Shown here piece by piece: positions 50,171 to 59,800 of a DNA stretch of 64,000 bases. The DNA comes from Promethearchaeota archaeon (lineage in GTDB: Archaea > Asgardarchaeota > Lokiarchaeia > Sigyniarchaeales > SOKP01). Position 1 is the first letter of the stretch, and each line of letters opens with the position of its first letter. The notes under the pieces were generated by a model. The model was given only the letters and a program-made list of their open reading frames with translations, ran no database searches and was not told the origin of the DNA. Both the position numbers and the translations under genes were made by a program. Location: NCBI GenBank assembly GCA_048940925.1, contig JBHLOC010000004.1, positions 32,001 through 96,000 of the forward strand. Reading direction: 5' to 3'.

Positions 50171-50722
50171 TTATTTTATTTCGATCTTTTTCATTTCCTT
50201 TTTTTCAGGTTCTTTTTTAGGAATTCTTACGCTTAAAATTCCCTTATCTAAGTTAGCGTCGATTTCATCTTCATTTATATTTTCTGGTAAGCTAAATGCT
50301 CTATAATAACTGGCTGAACTGAATTCTCTCCTGACATATCCTTTTTTATCTTCTTTAACTTCTTCTTTTTGTTCTCCTTTAATTTCTAACATTCCATCAT
50401 GAAAAGTTATCTCAATATCACCCTTGTTTAAACCAGGTAATTCAGCAGAAATTTTATAATTATTTTCATCTTCTGTAATGTTTGATAAGGGAGTTCTAAA
50501 GATTGGAACTTCTTCCCATTTTATAGGTTCATATCGTCTCCTTCGAAATGGCCAGAACGATTCATCAAAATTTCTCCATAAATTGTCAAACATTCTATCC
50601 ATTTCTTGAAATAGTGAGAAGGGACTCTCTCTTCTTATGGCAAGTTCACGTGTTTTTTTTTCATTTACTTCTTTCTTCGCAACTTTTCCTTTTTTCACAT
50701 CGATTTTTTTGTCTTCAGACAT
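50171..50722 (-). CDS. Hsp20/alpha-crystallin small heat-shock protein
   Basis: AELPGLNKGDIEI; LEIKGE; YYRAFSLPE; GILSVRIPK; C-terminal IEI. Confidence 0.95.
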   Translation of the reverse strand: MSEDKKIDVKKGKVAKKEVNEKKTRELAIRRESPFSLFQEMDRMFDNLWRNFDESFWPFRRRRYEPIKWEEVPIFRTPLSNITEDENNYKISAELPGLNKGDIEITFHDGMLEIKGEQKEEVKEDKKGYVRREFSSASYYRAFSLPENINEDEIDANLDKGILSVRIPKKEPEKKEMKKIEIK

Positions 50723-50785
50723 AATTTACACCTCTTTCATTTTATTGATATTTATTTTGATAACAATTTAATTTGTAATGTTCGA

Positions 50786-50840
50786 TTGTCAATTTATGGT
50801 TGACAAATCTAATTTATCATAGTTGAAATGGGTATTTAAA
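50786..50840 (-). promoter_or_regulatory. hsp20 promoter: TATA box plus palindrome TTGTCAA-N7-TTGACAA
   Basis: Perfect 7-bp inverted repeat at 50786-50806; TTTAAATA on the minus strand at 50833-50840. Confidence 0.55.
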
Positions 50841-50911
50841 TTTTTCGTCTAGGATAATTTAATTAACTTATTGAAATTGAGAAAAATAAAAATGAAAGAG
50901 TTAGTTTGTTT

Positions 50912-51493
50912 TTATTTAATCTCTATTACGTGCTTTTCACTAATTTTTGCTGTTTTTTTAGGAATTATTAATTGTAAAATGCCATTTTTAAAACTTGCAT
51001 CAATATCTTCGGTAGATATATCTTCAGGTAAATGGAAACATCTATAGAAGTTAGCTGGTTGAAATTCTCTCCTTAGATAGTCTCCCTTTATTTCCTTAAT
51101 TTTATCTTTTTTTTTATCTTTATCTTTCTTTTCTTTTTTATCTTTATCCTTTTTTTCTTCTTTTTTTTCTTTTTCTATTATCTTTTTTTCTCCTACTATC
51201 TCCAAAATACCTTCGTCTAATGTAATTTTAACATTTTTCTTATTTAATCCTGGTAATTCAATAGAAATATAATATACATCTTCACCTTCTATTATATTAG
51301 TTGGTGCAATCCTATAAAAAGACTCACTCTCACTAATTTCAAGAGATTCTGGGTGCTCAGTTTTAAAACCACTTATCTCTTTTCTTTTTGTAGCAATTTC
51401 CTCTTGTTTTTTCTTATTCTCAAGAATTTGTTTATCACGTTCAACTTTTTCCTCTAACTCAATATCTTCTTCCTCTTCATGATTTTCATTCAT
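50912..51493 (-). CDS. Hsp20 paralog with K/E/D-rich insertion
   Basis: IELPGLNKKNV; FYRCFHLPE; NGILQLIIPK; insertion KEKKEEKKDKDKKEKKDKDKKKDK. Confidence 0.93.
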   Translation of the reverse strand: MNENHEEEEDIELEEKVERDKQILENKKKQEEIATKRKEISGFKTEHPESLEISESESFYRIAPTNIIEGEDVYYISIELPGLNKKNVKITLDEGILEIVGEKKIIEKEKKEEKKDKDKKEKKDKDKKKDKIKEIKGDYLRREFQPANFYRCFHLPEDISTEDIDASFKNGILQLIIPKKTAKISEKHVIEIK

Positions 51494-51612
51494 ATTATTA
51501 GATCTCTTTCTAATTTATTATAATTGAATAACAAAAATAGATGAAAATGATATAAAAAAGTTATGATAGTGAAATGTAATTTGATTCTTAATAATTAAAA
51601 ATTCCTTGTTTT

Positions 51613-52806
51613 TTAACTGAAATTGGTTGAAATTTTACATTGGGTCTTATCCGTTTGTAAAAGTCTCAGATTTTCAGGAACTTCATCAAGTGAGATTTCT
51701 TTTGTTATCATTGGAGTAACATCCATTCCTGCAGCCATACAACTAATAACATTTGGAAAATTACCATGCCCAGAATGACCTTGAGAACCAACGATCCGAG
51801 CTCTTTTAACTTGGAAAAATTCTCCACAAACTGGCATTCTTTGTTCTGCTCTTGCTACAATAACAACTGTACTATTGACTGCTTTACATTCCCATATTGA
51901 ATTTTGTATATCATCAGTTACAATATCTGGTAATCCAGTAGCTTCAAGATAAAGAGTAGCACCTTCATTATCTGTGTATTCTTTTACTTTTTCAACAAAA
52001 TTTTCTTTAATAGGGTTAATGACGTAGTCTGCACCTAATTTTTTAGCTATTTTAGCTCTCGTCTCCTCTGGTTCTGAAACAATACATACAGCTGCTCCCG
52101 CAGTTTTCAAAATTTTTGTTGCTGCTAAACCAATAGGGCCTCCACCTAATATAACTACATTCTCACCAGGTCGAACTCCACCACCTCGTTCTATAACTGC
52201 GTTATAGGCTACTGAAGTTGGTTCCACTAAACTCCCAATTTTAAAAACATCTTCATATTTCTGTTCTAATTTTTTCAAACTCCAGCATAACTTTGCAGGA
52301 ACTGCTATAAATTCAGCATATGCACCATCAATAGAAAAACCAATTTCTTGTAATCTTTCACAGTGATTTGGAAATCCATCACAGCAAGGTTTACATTCAC
52401 CACACCAGACCATTTCTTCTACGGTAACTGGTTCTCCTATTTCATAAAATCTTCCGGTCCTTTTATTAATTGCTTTTTTACCAACCTCTACAATTTCCCC
52501 TGAAAATTCATGTCCCAGTGTGACAGGAAAAGCAGTCAATCCAGGATAATAGATATAGCCATCTTCATATGTTTGGGCCATATGGACATCTGAACCACAA
52601 ATTCCGCACCATTTTACCTCAACCAATACTTCATTTGCTTGTATTTGGGGTTTATCTTTTTCTACTACCTCAACCACAGGATTACGCCATACTTGAGAAC
52701 CTAAATAAGTTAATTTACCTTCTATATCTTTTAATCCAAGTTTAACTGATGGTTTTGGATCCCATTTTGCTGATAGAACTATCGCTTTCATCCTATTTAT
52801 TATCAT
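51613..52806 (-). CDS. iolM: Zn-dependent MDR dehydrogenase; probable scyllo-inosose 3-dehydrogenase
   Basis: YLGSQVWRNP; CGICGSDVH; YPGLTAFPVTLGHEFSG; EEMVWCGECKPCCDGFPNHC; GSQGHSGHG. Confidence 0.88.
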   Translation of the reverse strand: MIINRMKAIVLSAKWDPKPSVKLGLKDIEGKLTYLGSQVWRNPVVEVVEKDKPQIQANEVLVEVKWCGICGSDVHMAQTYEDGYIYYPGLTAFPVTLGHEFSGEIVEVGKKAINKRTGRFYEIGEPVTVEEMVWCGECKPCCDGFPNHCERLQEIGFSIDGAYAEFIAVPAKLCWSLKKLEQKYEDVFKIGSLVEPTSVAYNAVIERGGGVRPGENVVILGGGPIGLAATKILKTAGAAVCIVSEPEETRAKIAKKLGADYVINPIKENFVEKVKEYTDNEGATLYLEATGLPDIVTDDIQNSIWECKAVNSTVVIVARAEQRMPVCGEFFQVKRARIVGSQGHSGHGNFPNVISCMAAGMDVTPMITKEISLDEVPENLRLLQTDKTQCKISTNFS

Positions 52807-53199
52807 CTCTACAACAATATATTAAATTTCTCCTTTTATATCAAATATAGTATTATTGGCAATACTTAAAAGAATATAATAGATTATGAAGAAACTGAAA
52901 GTAATAAAGGCTAGTATTTTAGATATTCTAGCAATTATAAGTTTTAGTAGTTCTTCAAATTTAAATTACATACATCTAAGAAATAAAAAATCGATGATGT
53001 TAAATATTATGCTTATACTTCAAGAATGTAAATGTTGAAAGTGGATCCTTTGCAATATTATTAAAATATTACTTATTCTATACATTTCCCAAAAAGTACT
53101 TTAACATTAGATTGAAAAATAAAATCGTTCTAGGTATCTTATTTTAATGCAAAAGTATAAAGTTAAAAAAAATTAAAATTTAGATGCTAAAGCCCTATT

Positions 53200-54405
53200 T
53201 TATTTATTTTTAGATTCTTTTAAAAAGAATGCTAAAATAAATATGATAAAACTTAGCACTGCTAGTAGAATCAATGATGGAAAATAATCTCCGTTAGGTA
53301 ACGTAAAATCTTGAAATCCAAATATAAATAGAATTCCTCCAATCTGACCAATCATCATCAGCATTCCATTTGAAGAAACCTCAGGGACTGGTTGGGTTAT
53401 TTCGGCAGCATATTCTAATGCAACAGGTCCAGCTGATAAGATTCCAAATCCTACGAGAAAACAAAATAATTCTAACATTAACAAATCTTGTGTGAAAGAC
53501 AAAATAGATAAAGATACTATTATAATAACGATAGAAATTATTAAAAGGAGTTTTCTCTTTTTAAATTTATCTGATAAGGTTGACATTACAATTGCACCGA
53601 CTATTCCTCCTAAAAGCAAAATCCCTCCTAAAATTCCTGCTTCAGATTCATATCCTCTCGGCGCAGCAATCAATTGTATATATGTTGCTATCATATTAAA
53701 GGCACCTAAACCAACAAAAAACAAGATAATTAATATTAAAAAATATTTATTTGCGAATAATTTTTTAATACCAGCCCACATAAATACTTTCTCTGTCGAT
53801 TTAGTTAATGATGGAGGCGTAGGTGGTCTGGATTTCGCAAAAATTACGAATAATAATCCTGATATTAGTGATATAATCCCATAGACTAATAACATGGGTG
53901 TTAGATTATCACCTATTACTAAAAATGGAGTAATTAATTCTCCTAACAAAATTCCTATAAATTGGGCGATTAAACAGAGCCCAGTTGCAGTAGTTCTTTC
54001 AGACTCAGGAAACCAATCAGCAGATAATTTTGTAATACTATTCAAAAGGAAAGGTTGCCCAATTGCTATCATAATTACAAAAATCAACAATAAGGAATAG
54101 TCTTTACCTGCAATAAATCTTAAAAAGCCAAAAATACCTCCTAATAACGCACCAATTCCTGCACCCCATCGAAAACCTATCTTTTCGACTAACCAAGATG
54201 ATACAAAGGTTACAGGAATATATACAATCATGAAGATCATTGACAATAACAAGATTAGAAATTCTTCAACACCATAAAATACTGATGCTTCTAAAGTAAC
54301 CGCAGCATAACTTATCCATAACATTTGCATGGTTATATTAGTAAACATAAATAATAATAATACAACCCAGCGAAAACTGTAAATTTGAATATTTTCTTCA
54401 CTCAT
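53200..54405 (-). CDS. MFS transporter (FLVCR-like)
   Basis: YSFRWVVL; WFPESERTTATG; SDKFKKRK; about 12 TMs. Confidence 0.9.
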   Translation of the reverse strand: MSEENIQIYSFRWVVLLLFMFTNITMQMLWISYAAVTLEASVFYGVEEFLILLLSMIFMIVYIPVTFVSSWLVEKIGFRWGAGIGALLGGIFGFLRFIAGKDYSLLLIFVIMIAIGQPFLLNSITKLSADWFPESERTTATGLCLIAQFIGILLGELITPFLVIGDNLTPMLLVYGIISLISGLLFVIFAKSRPPTPPSLTKSTEKVFMWAGIKKLFANKYFLILIILFFVGLGAFNMIATYIQLIAAPRGYESEAGILGGILLLGGIVGAIVMSTLSDKFKKRKLLLIISIVIIIVSLSILSFTQDLLMLELFCFLVGFGILSAGPVALEYAAEITQPVPEVSSNGMLMMIGQIGGILFIFGFQDFTLPNGDYFPSLILLAVLSFIIFILAFFLKESKNK

Positions 54406-54573
54406 AAAACTAACACTTTTATTTTTTTGATAATAAATTTTTAATTAATTAAATCAATTTAGACTTAAATAAATTTAAATCTATAATTTTTAATTTACAA
54501 ATTTTACGATTGTTTTGTTAATTTTTTCTTATGATTTGAAATTCAAATTTAAAAAGAAAGTAGGTGATTATGC

Positions 54574-55596
54574 ATAGTAAAAACCTTTACTGTTGGTGTA
54601 ATTGGGGCTGGTAGAATTGGAAAAATCCATATTGAAAATCTATTACGGCAAATATATAATGTGAATTTAAAGATTGTAGCTGATATTAAACTAAGTAATG
54701 AAATCAAACAATGGGCGGGTGAAATTGGTGTCCAGCAACTTACTTCGGATGCAGATAAAATTTTTAATGATCCAGAAATTGAAGTAGTATTGATTTGCTC
54801 TTCAACAGATACACATGTGAAATTTATTAAAAAAGCTGCTGAGGCTGGAAAACATGTCTTTTGTGAGAAACCAATTGATACAGACATAAGACGAATTAAA
54901 CAGACACTCTCAATTGTTGATGAAGCGGGAATAAAACTGATGGTTGGATTTAACCGACGTTTCGATCGTAATTTTATAAGATGTCATGAATCAGTTGTCT
55001 CTGGTCAAATAGGTGAACCTTACATTGTTAAAATTACTTCTCGAGATCCTGTTCCGCCCCCAATTGAATATATAGAAACTTCAGGTGGATTGTTTATGGA
55101 TATGACGATTCATGACTGGGATATGGCCCGATTTCAAATAGGGAGTGAGGTTGAAGAAGTCTATGCAACTGGAGGAGTACTTATTGATCCCAAAATTGGA
55201 AAGGCAGGTGATATAGATACTGCAGTCGCAATTTTAAAATTTAAAAATGGCGCTATGGGAATAATTGATAATACTCGTCAAGCAGTTTATGGTTACGATC
55301 AAAGAGTTGAGGTGTTTGGGTCCAAGGGATGTGTAGTAGCAGATAATGAAGCGACTAATACCGTTCGAATTTATACTGCAGAATGTACCAATATAGACAA
55401 GATACCCTACTTTTTCTTAGAACGATATATGGAATCTTATGCAACTGAAATAAAGAATTTCTTTGAATGTTTGAGTAATAATATACAACCTACACCAAAC
55501 GGTGAAGATGGTTTACAAAATGTTCTTATAGCTGAAGCGGCTCTAATATCATATGAAGAGAATCGCCCTGTAAGAATTTCTGAAGTAGATATTTAA
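54574..55596 (+). CDS. iolG: Inositol 2-dehydrogenase (Gfo/Idh/MocA); start lies upstream of the tracked ORF
   Basis: In-frame upstream of 54661: VGVIGAGRIGKIH; then CSSTDTH, FCEKP, GFNRRFD, TSRDP, SGGLFMDMTIHDWD, YGYDQRVEVFG, FFLERY. Confidence 0.9.
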   Translation: MVKTFTVGVIGAGRIGKIHIENLLRQIYNVNLKIVADIKLSNEIKQWAGEIGVQQLTSDADKIFNDPEIEVVLICSSTDTHVKFIKKAAEAGKHVFCEKPIDTDIRRIKQTLSIVDEAGIKLMVGFNRRFDRNFIRCHESVVSGQIGEPYIVKITSRDPVPPPIEYIETSGGLFMDMTIHDWDMARFQIGSEVEEVYATGGVLIDPKIGKAGDIDTAVAILKFKNGAMGIIDNTRQAVYGYDQRVEVFGSKGCVVADNEATNTVRIYTAECTNIDKIPYFFLERYMESYATEIKNFFECLSNNIQPTPNGEDGLQNVLIAEAALISYEENRPVRISEVDI

Positions 55597-55622
55597 GAAA
55601 CAAAAATTCATTAGCGAGATGA

Positions 55623-56171
55623 TTGCTTATACCATATGATTTATCTTCTTTTAAAGTACTGATCAAAAAGCTTTTCCCACCTAAAAAGTGTGTATTTACA
55701 GTTGACACATCTGGTGATGGAAAAGCGGATTCTATACAAATAAAGATGATTAATTTATTAGTTCCTTTTGTAGTCCCTGAAAACATTGAAATTGGAGAAA
55801 TTGATTTAAAAAATTTTGATATCGATAATTTTAATTTATCTAACTACGTTAATTTATTTTTAGATGACATCAAGATTGAAATTTCTAAAGATGCTATAAA
55901 TTTAGATACGATCAAAGATCAAATCACAATTCATCATAAGGGAGAATCATTTAAATTGGATGAAATTATTGAGGGTAAATTCAGTGGGAGAACTATCGCA
56001 TTAGGAGATAGTATTAGTGTTTTAATAAAATTAGATGATGAAAATCTTAATTTATTATCTAAAGGTGAACATTCTTTCAAGATTGAAAGTGATTTAATAT
56101 CTAATCTTATTATTAATTTTGAGTTGGATAAATCCAACATGAATATAAAGTTTGATCCCAAAAACACATAG
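55623..56171 (+). CDS. Hypothetical protein
   Basis: 182-aa ORF; DTSGDGKAD Dx[DN]xDG-like loop. Confidence 0.7.
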   Translation: MLIPYDLSSFKVLIKKLFPPKKCVFTVDTSGDGKADSIQIKMINLLVPFVVPENIEIGEIDLKNFDIDNFNLSNYVNLFLDDIKIEISKDAINLDTIKDQITIHHKGESFKLDEIIEGKFSGRTIALGDSISVLIKLDDENLNLLSKGEHSFKIESDLISNLIINFELDKSNMNIKFDPKNT

Positions 56172-56277
56172 TTTCTAAATTTTCTCCATATCAGCTTTTT
56201 ACTTATCGTTTCAGTCTCTCCATATTTATAAAGGGGTTTTTATTTGTATTTTCTGAATATTAGAAGAAGGTGTCATT

Positions 56278-56868
56278 ATGGAATCTACTAAACTCACTCA
56301 AAACGCGGATACAACTTCTTTAGATGATTCTACTCAAATTCAGTTTATTTGTCCAGTTTGTAAAGCTAAGAAAATACTTCTTTTTCCAAAGTCAGTTATT
56401 ACTCAAGCAAAAGGTTTAACTACAATGTCAATAGCGAAAGGTTTGGTTTGTAAGCATCATTTTCAAGCTTTTGTCGATAAAAATTGCGCAGTTCGTGGCT
56501 ATCAACGAGTAGATTTCGAATTTGAGAATGATTCAGTAAGAAAAAACAAACTAAACTCCGAAAATTTCAAAAATAATGAGAAAGATCTATTTGAGAATTT
56601 AATTTTAGAGGGAAATTATCTGGAATATAGACCTCAACGAGATAATTCTTATAATATTAATCGTCAAAATAATTACATATTAGATAATAAATCCAAACAA
56701 GAAAATCAACATCAAAATAAAGAATATGATCCAAAAAATAAGAAAATGACCCTTCAAGACATATATAATGAGTTTTGGGAGTTTATCGATGATGACAACG
56801 AAATTTTTCGCGATTTTATAATAAGAGATCAAAGAAGAATGGAAAAGAGAAATAATTTAGAGCTCTAA
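56278..56868 (+). CDS. Zinc-finger protein (CPxC...CxH)
   Basis: FICPVCK...VCKHHFQAFVDKN.AVRGYQRVDFE. Confidence 0.75.
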   Translation: MESTKLTQNADTTSLDDSTQIQFICPVCKAKKILLFPKSVITQAKGLTTMSIAKGLVCKHHFQAFVDKNCAVRGYQRVDFEFENDSVRKNKLNSENFKNNEKDLFENLILEGNYLEYRPQRDNSYNINRQNNYILDNKSKQENQHQNKEYDPKNKKMTLQDIYNEFWEFIDDDNEIFRDFIIRDQRRMEKRNNLEL

Positions 56869-56897
56869 TCATTGTTAAATATAAAAAAAAGTAGTTT

Positions 56898-59800
56898 TTA
56901 TTTTAAATTCTTATAGCGCTTCATAAACAGAATTATTGAAACTACAAAAACGCTTATTAAGATATAAAAGTTATACCCTGGAATACCTTCTGGCGCTCCT
57001 TTTGAAGGTTGTCCCACTAATTTTACTAGAATTGTATTTTCTGCTTCAATATTACCTACCAAATCAATAGAATAATACGTGATAAGATAATAAGCAGGTT
57101 CATAGCTAGATAAGTCAAAGGGATCACTATAATCTATCCAAGCAGAATCATTTATTTTATATCTAATTAAAGAAATCCCTGATCCAAATCCATCATCAGC
57201 TTCTATTGTAAAAAGTGTTGATTTATTTACGTTAATTGTTTCGCTATGAGGTATAAAAGATATTAGCGAAATTGGTTTAGTAGTATCCTTAAAAATATTT
57301 CTTTCTGCATATCCTTTAAATCCAAGAGAATCATTAGCATAGAATCTTATTGTAACTGGTCCATCTACTTTACCATCCCATTCCTCTTGATTGATTTTTC
57401 CTGTTAATCCATTGAAAGTAATGTTTGTTATACCGTTGTCTAATGTATACCATGTCTTGTTTAGATTCAATTCTGTAATTGACAGATTAAAAGTAGGTGG
57501 TACGCTCCCAAAAAATTCACTGATTTCTGGTGAAATAATAGTAATTATAGGGATACTAGTGTCTTTATTAACTATAACCTCTGAAGAATTTTCTTTCCCA
57601 TATGTATTATTTGCGTAAAATTCAATAGTAACAGGTCCATCTGTCCTTTTACTCCACTCTGTTTGGTTGATTGGTCCTGCTAACTCTTTAAATGTAATAT
57701 TTGTGATGCCATTATCTAGTGTATACCATGTTGTATTAATGTATAACCCCTCTATAGATAAGTCAAAATTAGGAGGTGCATTACTGAATAAAGCATTATC
57801 ATAGGGGAGATTAATAGATATCTTAGGAGGATTAATATCAACTGTGAAATATGTTATGATTGAATCATGTATATTTCCTATTGAATCATTCCCGAAAACT
57901 TGAAGTGAATGGATTCCATCTTGAGGTAACGGAATGGTAACATTTCCTAAAATTGTCTTATTAGCTTGCCCGTCCAATGAATATCCCATCCAATCTAAAG
58001 CAGTTAAATTTTTAAAATTAAGTAATAACCCTTCGATTAAATTATCTCCAATATTATATCTAGGATCCCATGAATAACCAATCGCATCAATATAAGAATA
58101 AGAATTGCTTTCACCGTCGGTTGTACCAAAATAGATAGTATCCATTGCGATTGGATTTCCATATAAACCATATCCCTTTCCACTTATATAAATTCCATCT
58201 AGCCATAAATACCATTTTCCAGCTGTGCAATTCCATTCAATCATTAGATGATACCATTGATTGCTTTTGTAAGTCATTATATTTTGCCAACCTGAGTTAT
58301 TATAATATCGAATCCACCCAGTAGAATCAAAGTAAAGATACACCGCGTCGTTTATAGTTAGATCCGTGTCATAAATAAAACACTTAGTCCTAGTTGTATT
58401 ATCTGCTTTCCTTATATAATATTCAATTGTTCCTGTATCTTTATCAACAAATGTTTGGGTAATTTCCATCTTTAAGGAATCAGAAGTGTCATGAAGTTCA
58501 ATTATTTTATTATGACCATCAAGCTCAGAAATTATTTTAGCCGTTCCCCCTGTTTCTAATACACTCCACCCTGTTGGAAAACTCCCACTTATATCATTTT
58601 CGAAACCATAGGTTGCAGGATAATAACCGTTCATCGGTCCAGTATAAGTCTTATTTTCTGGTGTGACAATATAAATTGAAGGAGTGTATATTTTGATTTC
58701 ATCGATAATCAAGTTCTTTGTCTCATCAAACAATCCACTAAATTCAAATTGATCAATAGTCATATCTTCATCAAGCTTTAACCCAACTGTTCTAGTAGTA
58801 AAATCCATATTTCCTATTTCTGAAATTTTAAAACATTTTTGCTCTATACCTGCGTATCTTAGATTAAAATCTATTTCATTTGAAGAAGTCGTGTTAAATA
58901 TAATTTCTATACTGTCTCCTGTTTTTAAATCAAAATTATAACTATTTGGACTTCTTAAAGTTAAGACCTCTGATTCATTTGTTTGACAATATAATATTCC
59001 TCCTCCTTGGTAATGCTTACTAAGAAAGTGATTTATCGTGGGTTGATTACTGGATGCTTCTGAAGAACTAAACTCTATAGAGTTTGAATGAGTTTTAAGC
59101 AGATAATAATAAAAGGGGCGACTTAGATTTATTGTAGTCCAATCAGTTCCTATAACCACTGAACTTGCTAAAGAATCTACTTCAGATGGTTGATAATCCC
59201 ACGTGATAAATGCTTCGTTAAAATTAGTTGTTGTATAAGAATCTACAATTGAGGGAAAAATACCATCATTTACATAACATCGCAAGTTAGAATTTTGTGT
59301 ATAATTCGCATATAAATAAGGAAATTCCTTCTTAATAAAACTATACTCTTCTCCCTTTGGTTCCAAATAACTATAGACCTTACCTTGTTCTTCACCAAGC
59401 ATCCACCAATTACTATACCAATCATCCCAAAATATACTCATTGGATTGGCATCTTGAGAGCTAAGAGAAAAAGATATTCCAGTATAATCCCAAGAAGATG
59501 TGTATTTATAAACTATTCCATTACCGCCAAGCATCCACCAATCGAATCCATCCCAAAAAATATCTCTTGGATTGAAATTTTGAACACCTATATAATACGA
59601 AACTCCAGTATACATCCAATGATCATAATAATCTGTATATTGATAAACCCTCTTATTTTCACTTCCTAACATCCACCAATGAGTTCCATCCCAACATATA
59701 CTTTCTGGGTTTCCATCTTCGTAAATTTCAAAAGAAATATCATATACCTCCCAGTCGGAAGAAAATCTGGTAATTGCAGGAGTGGGTGAATTATTATATC

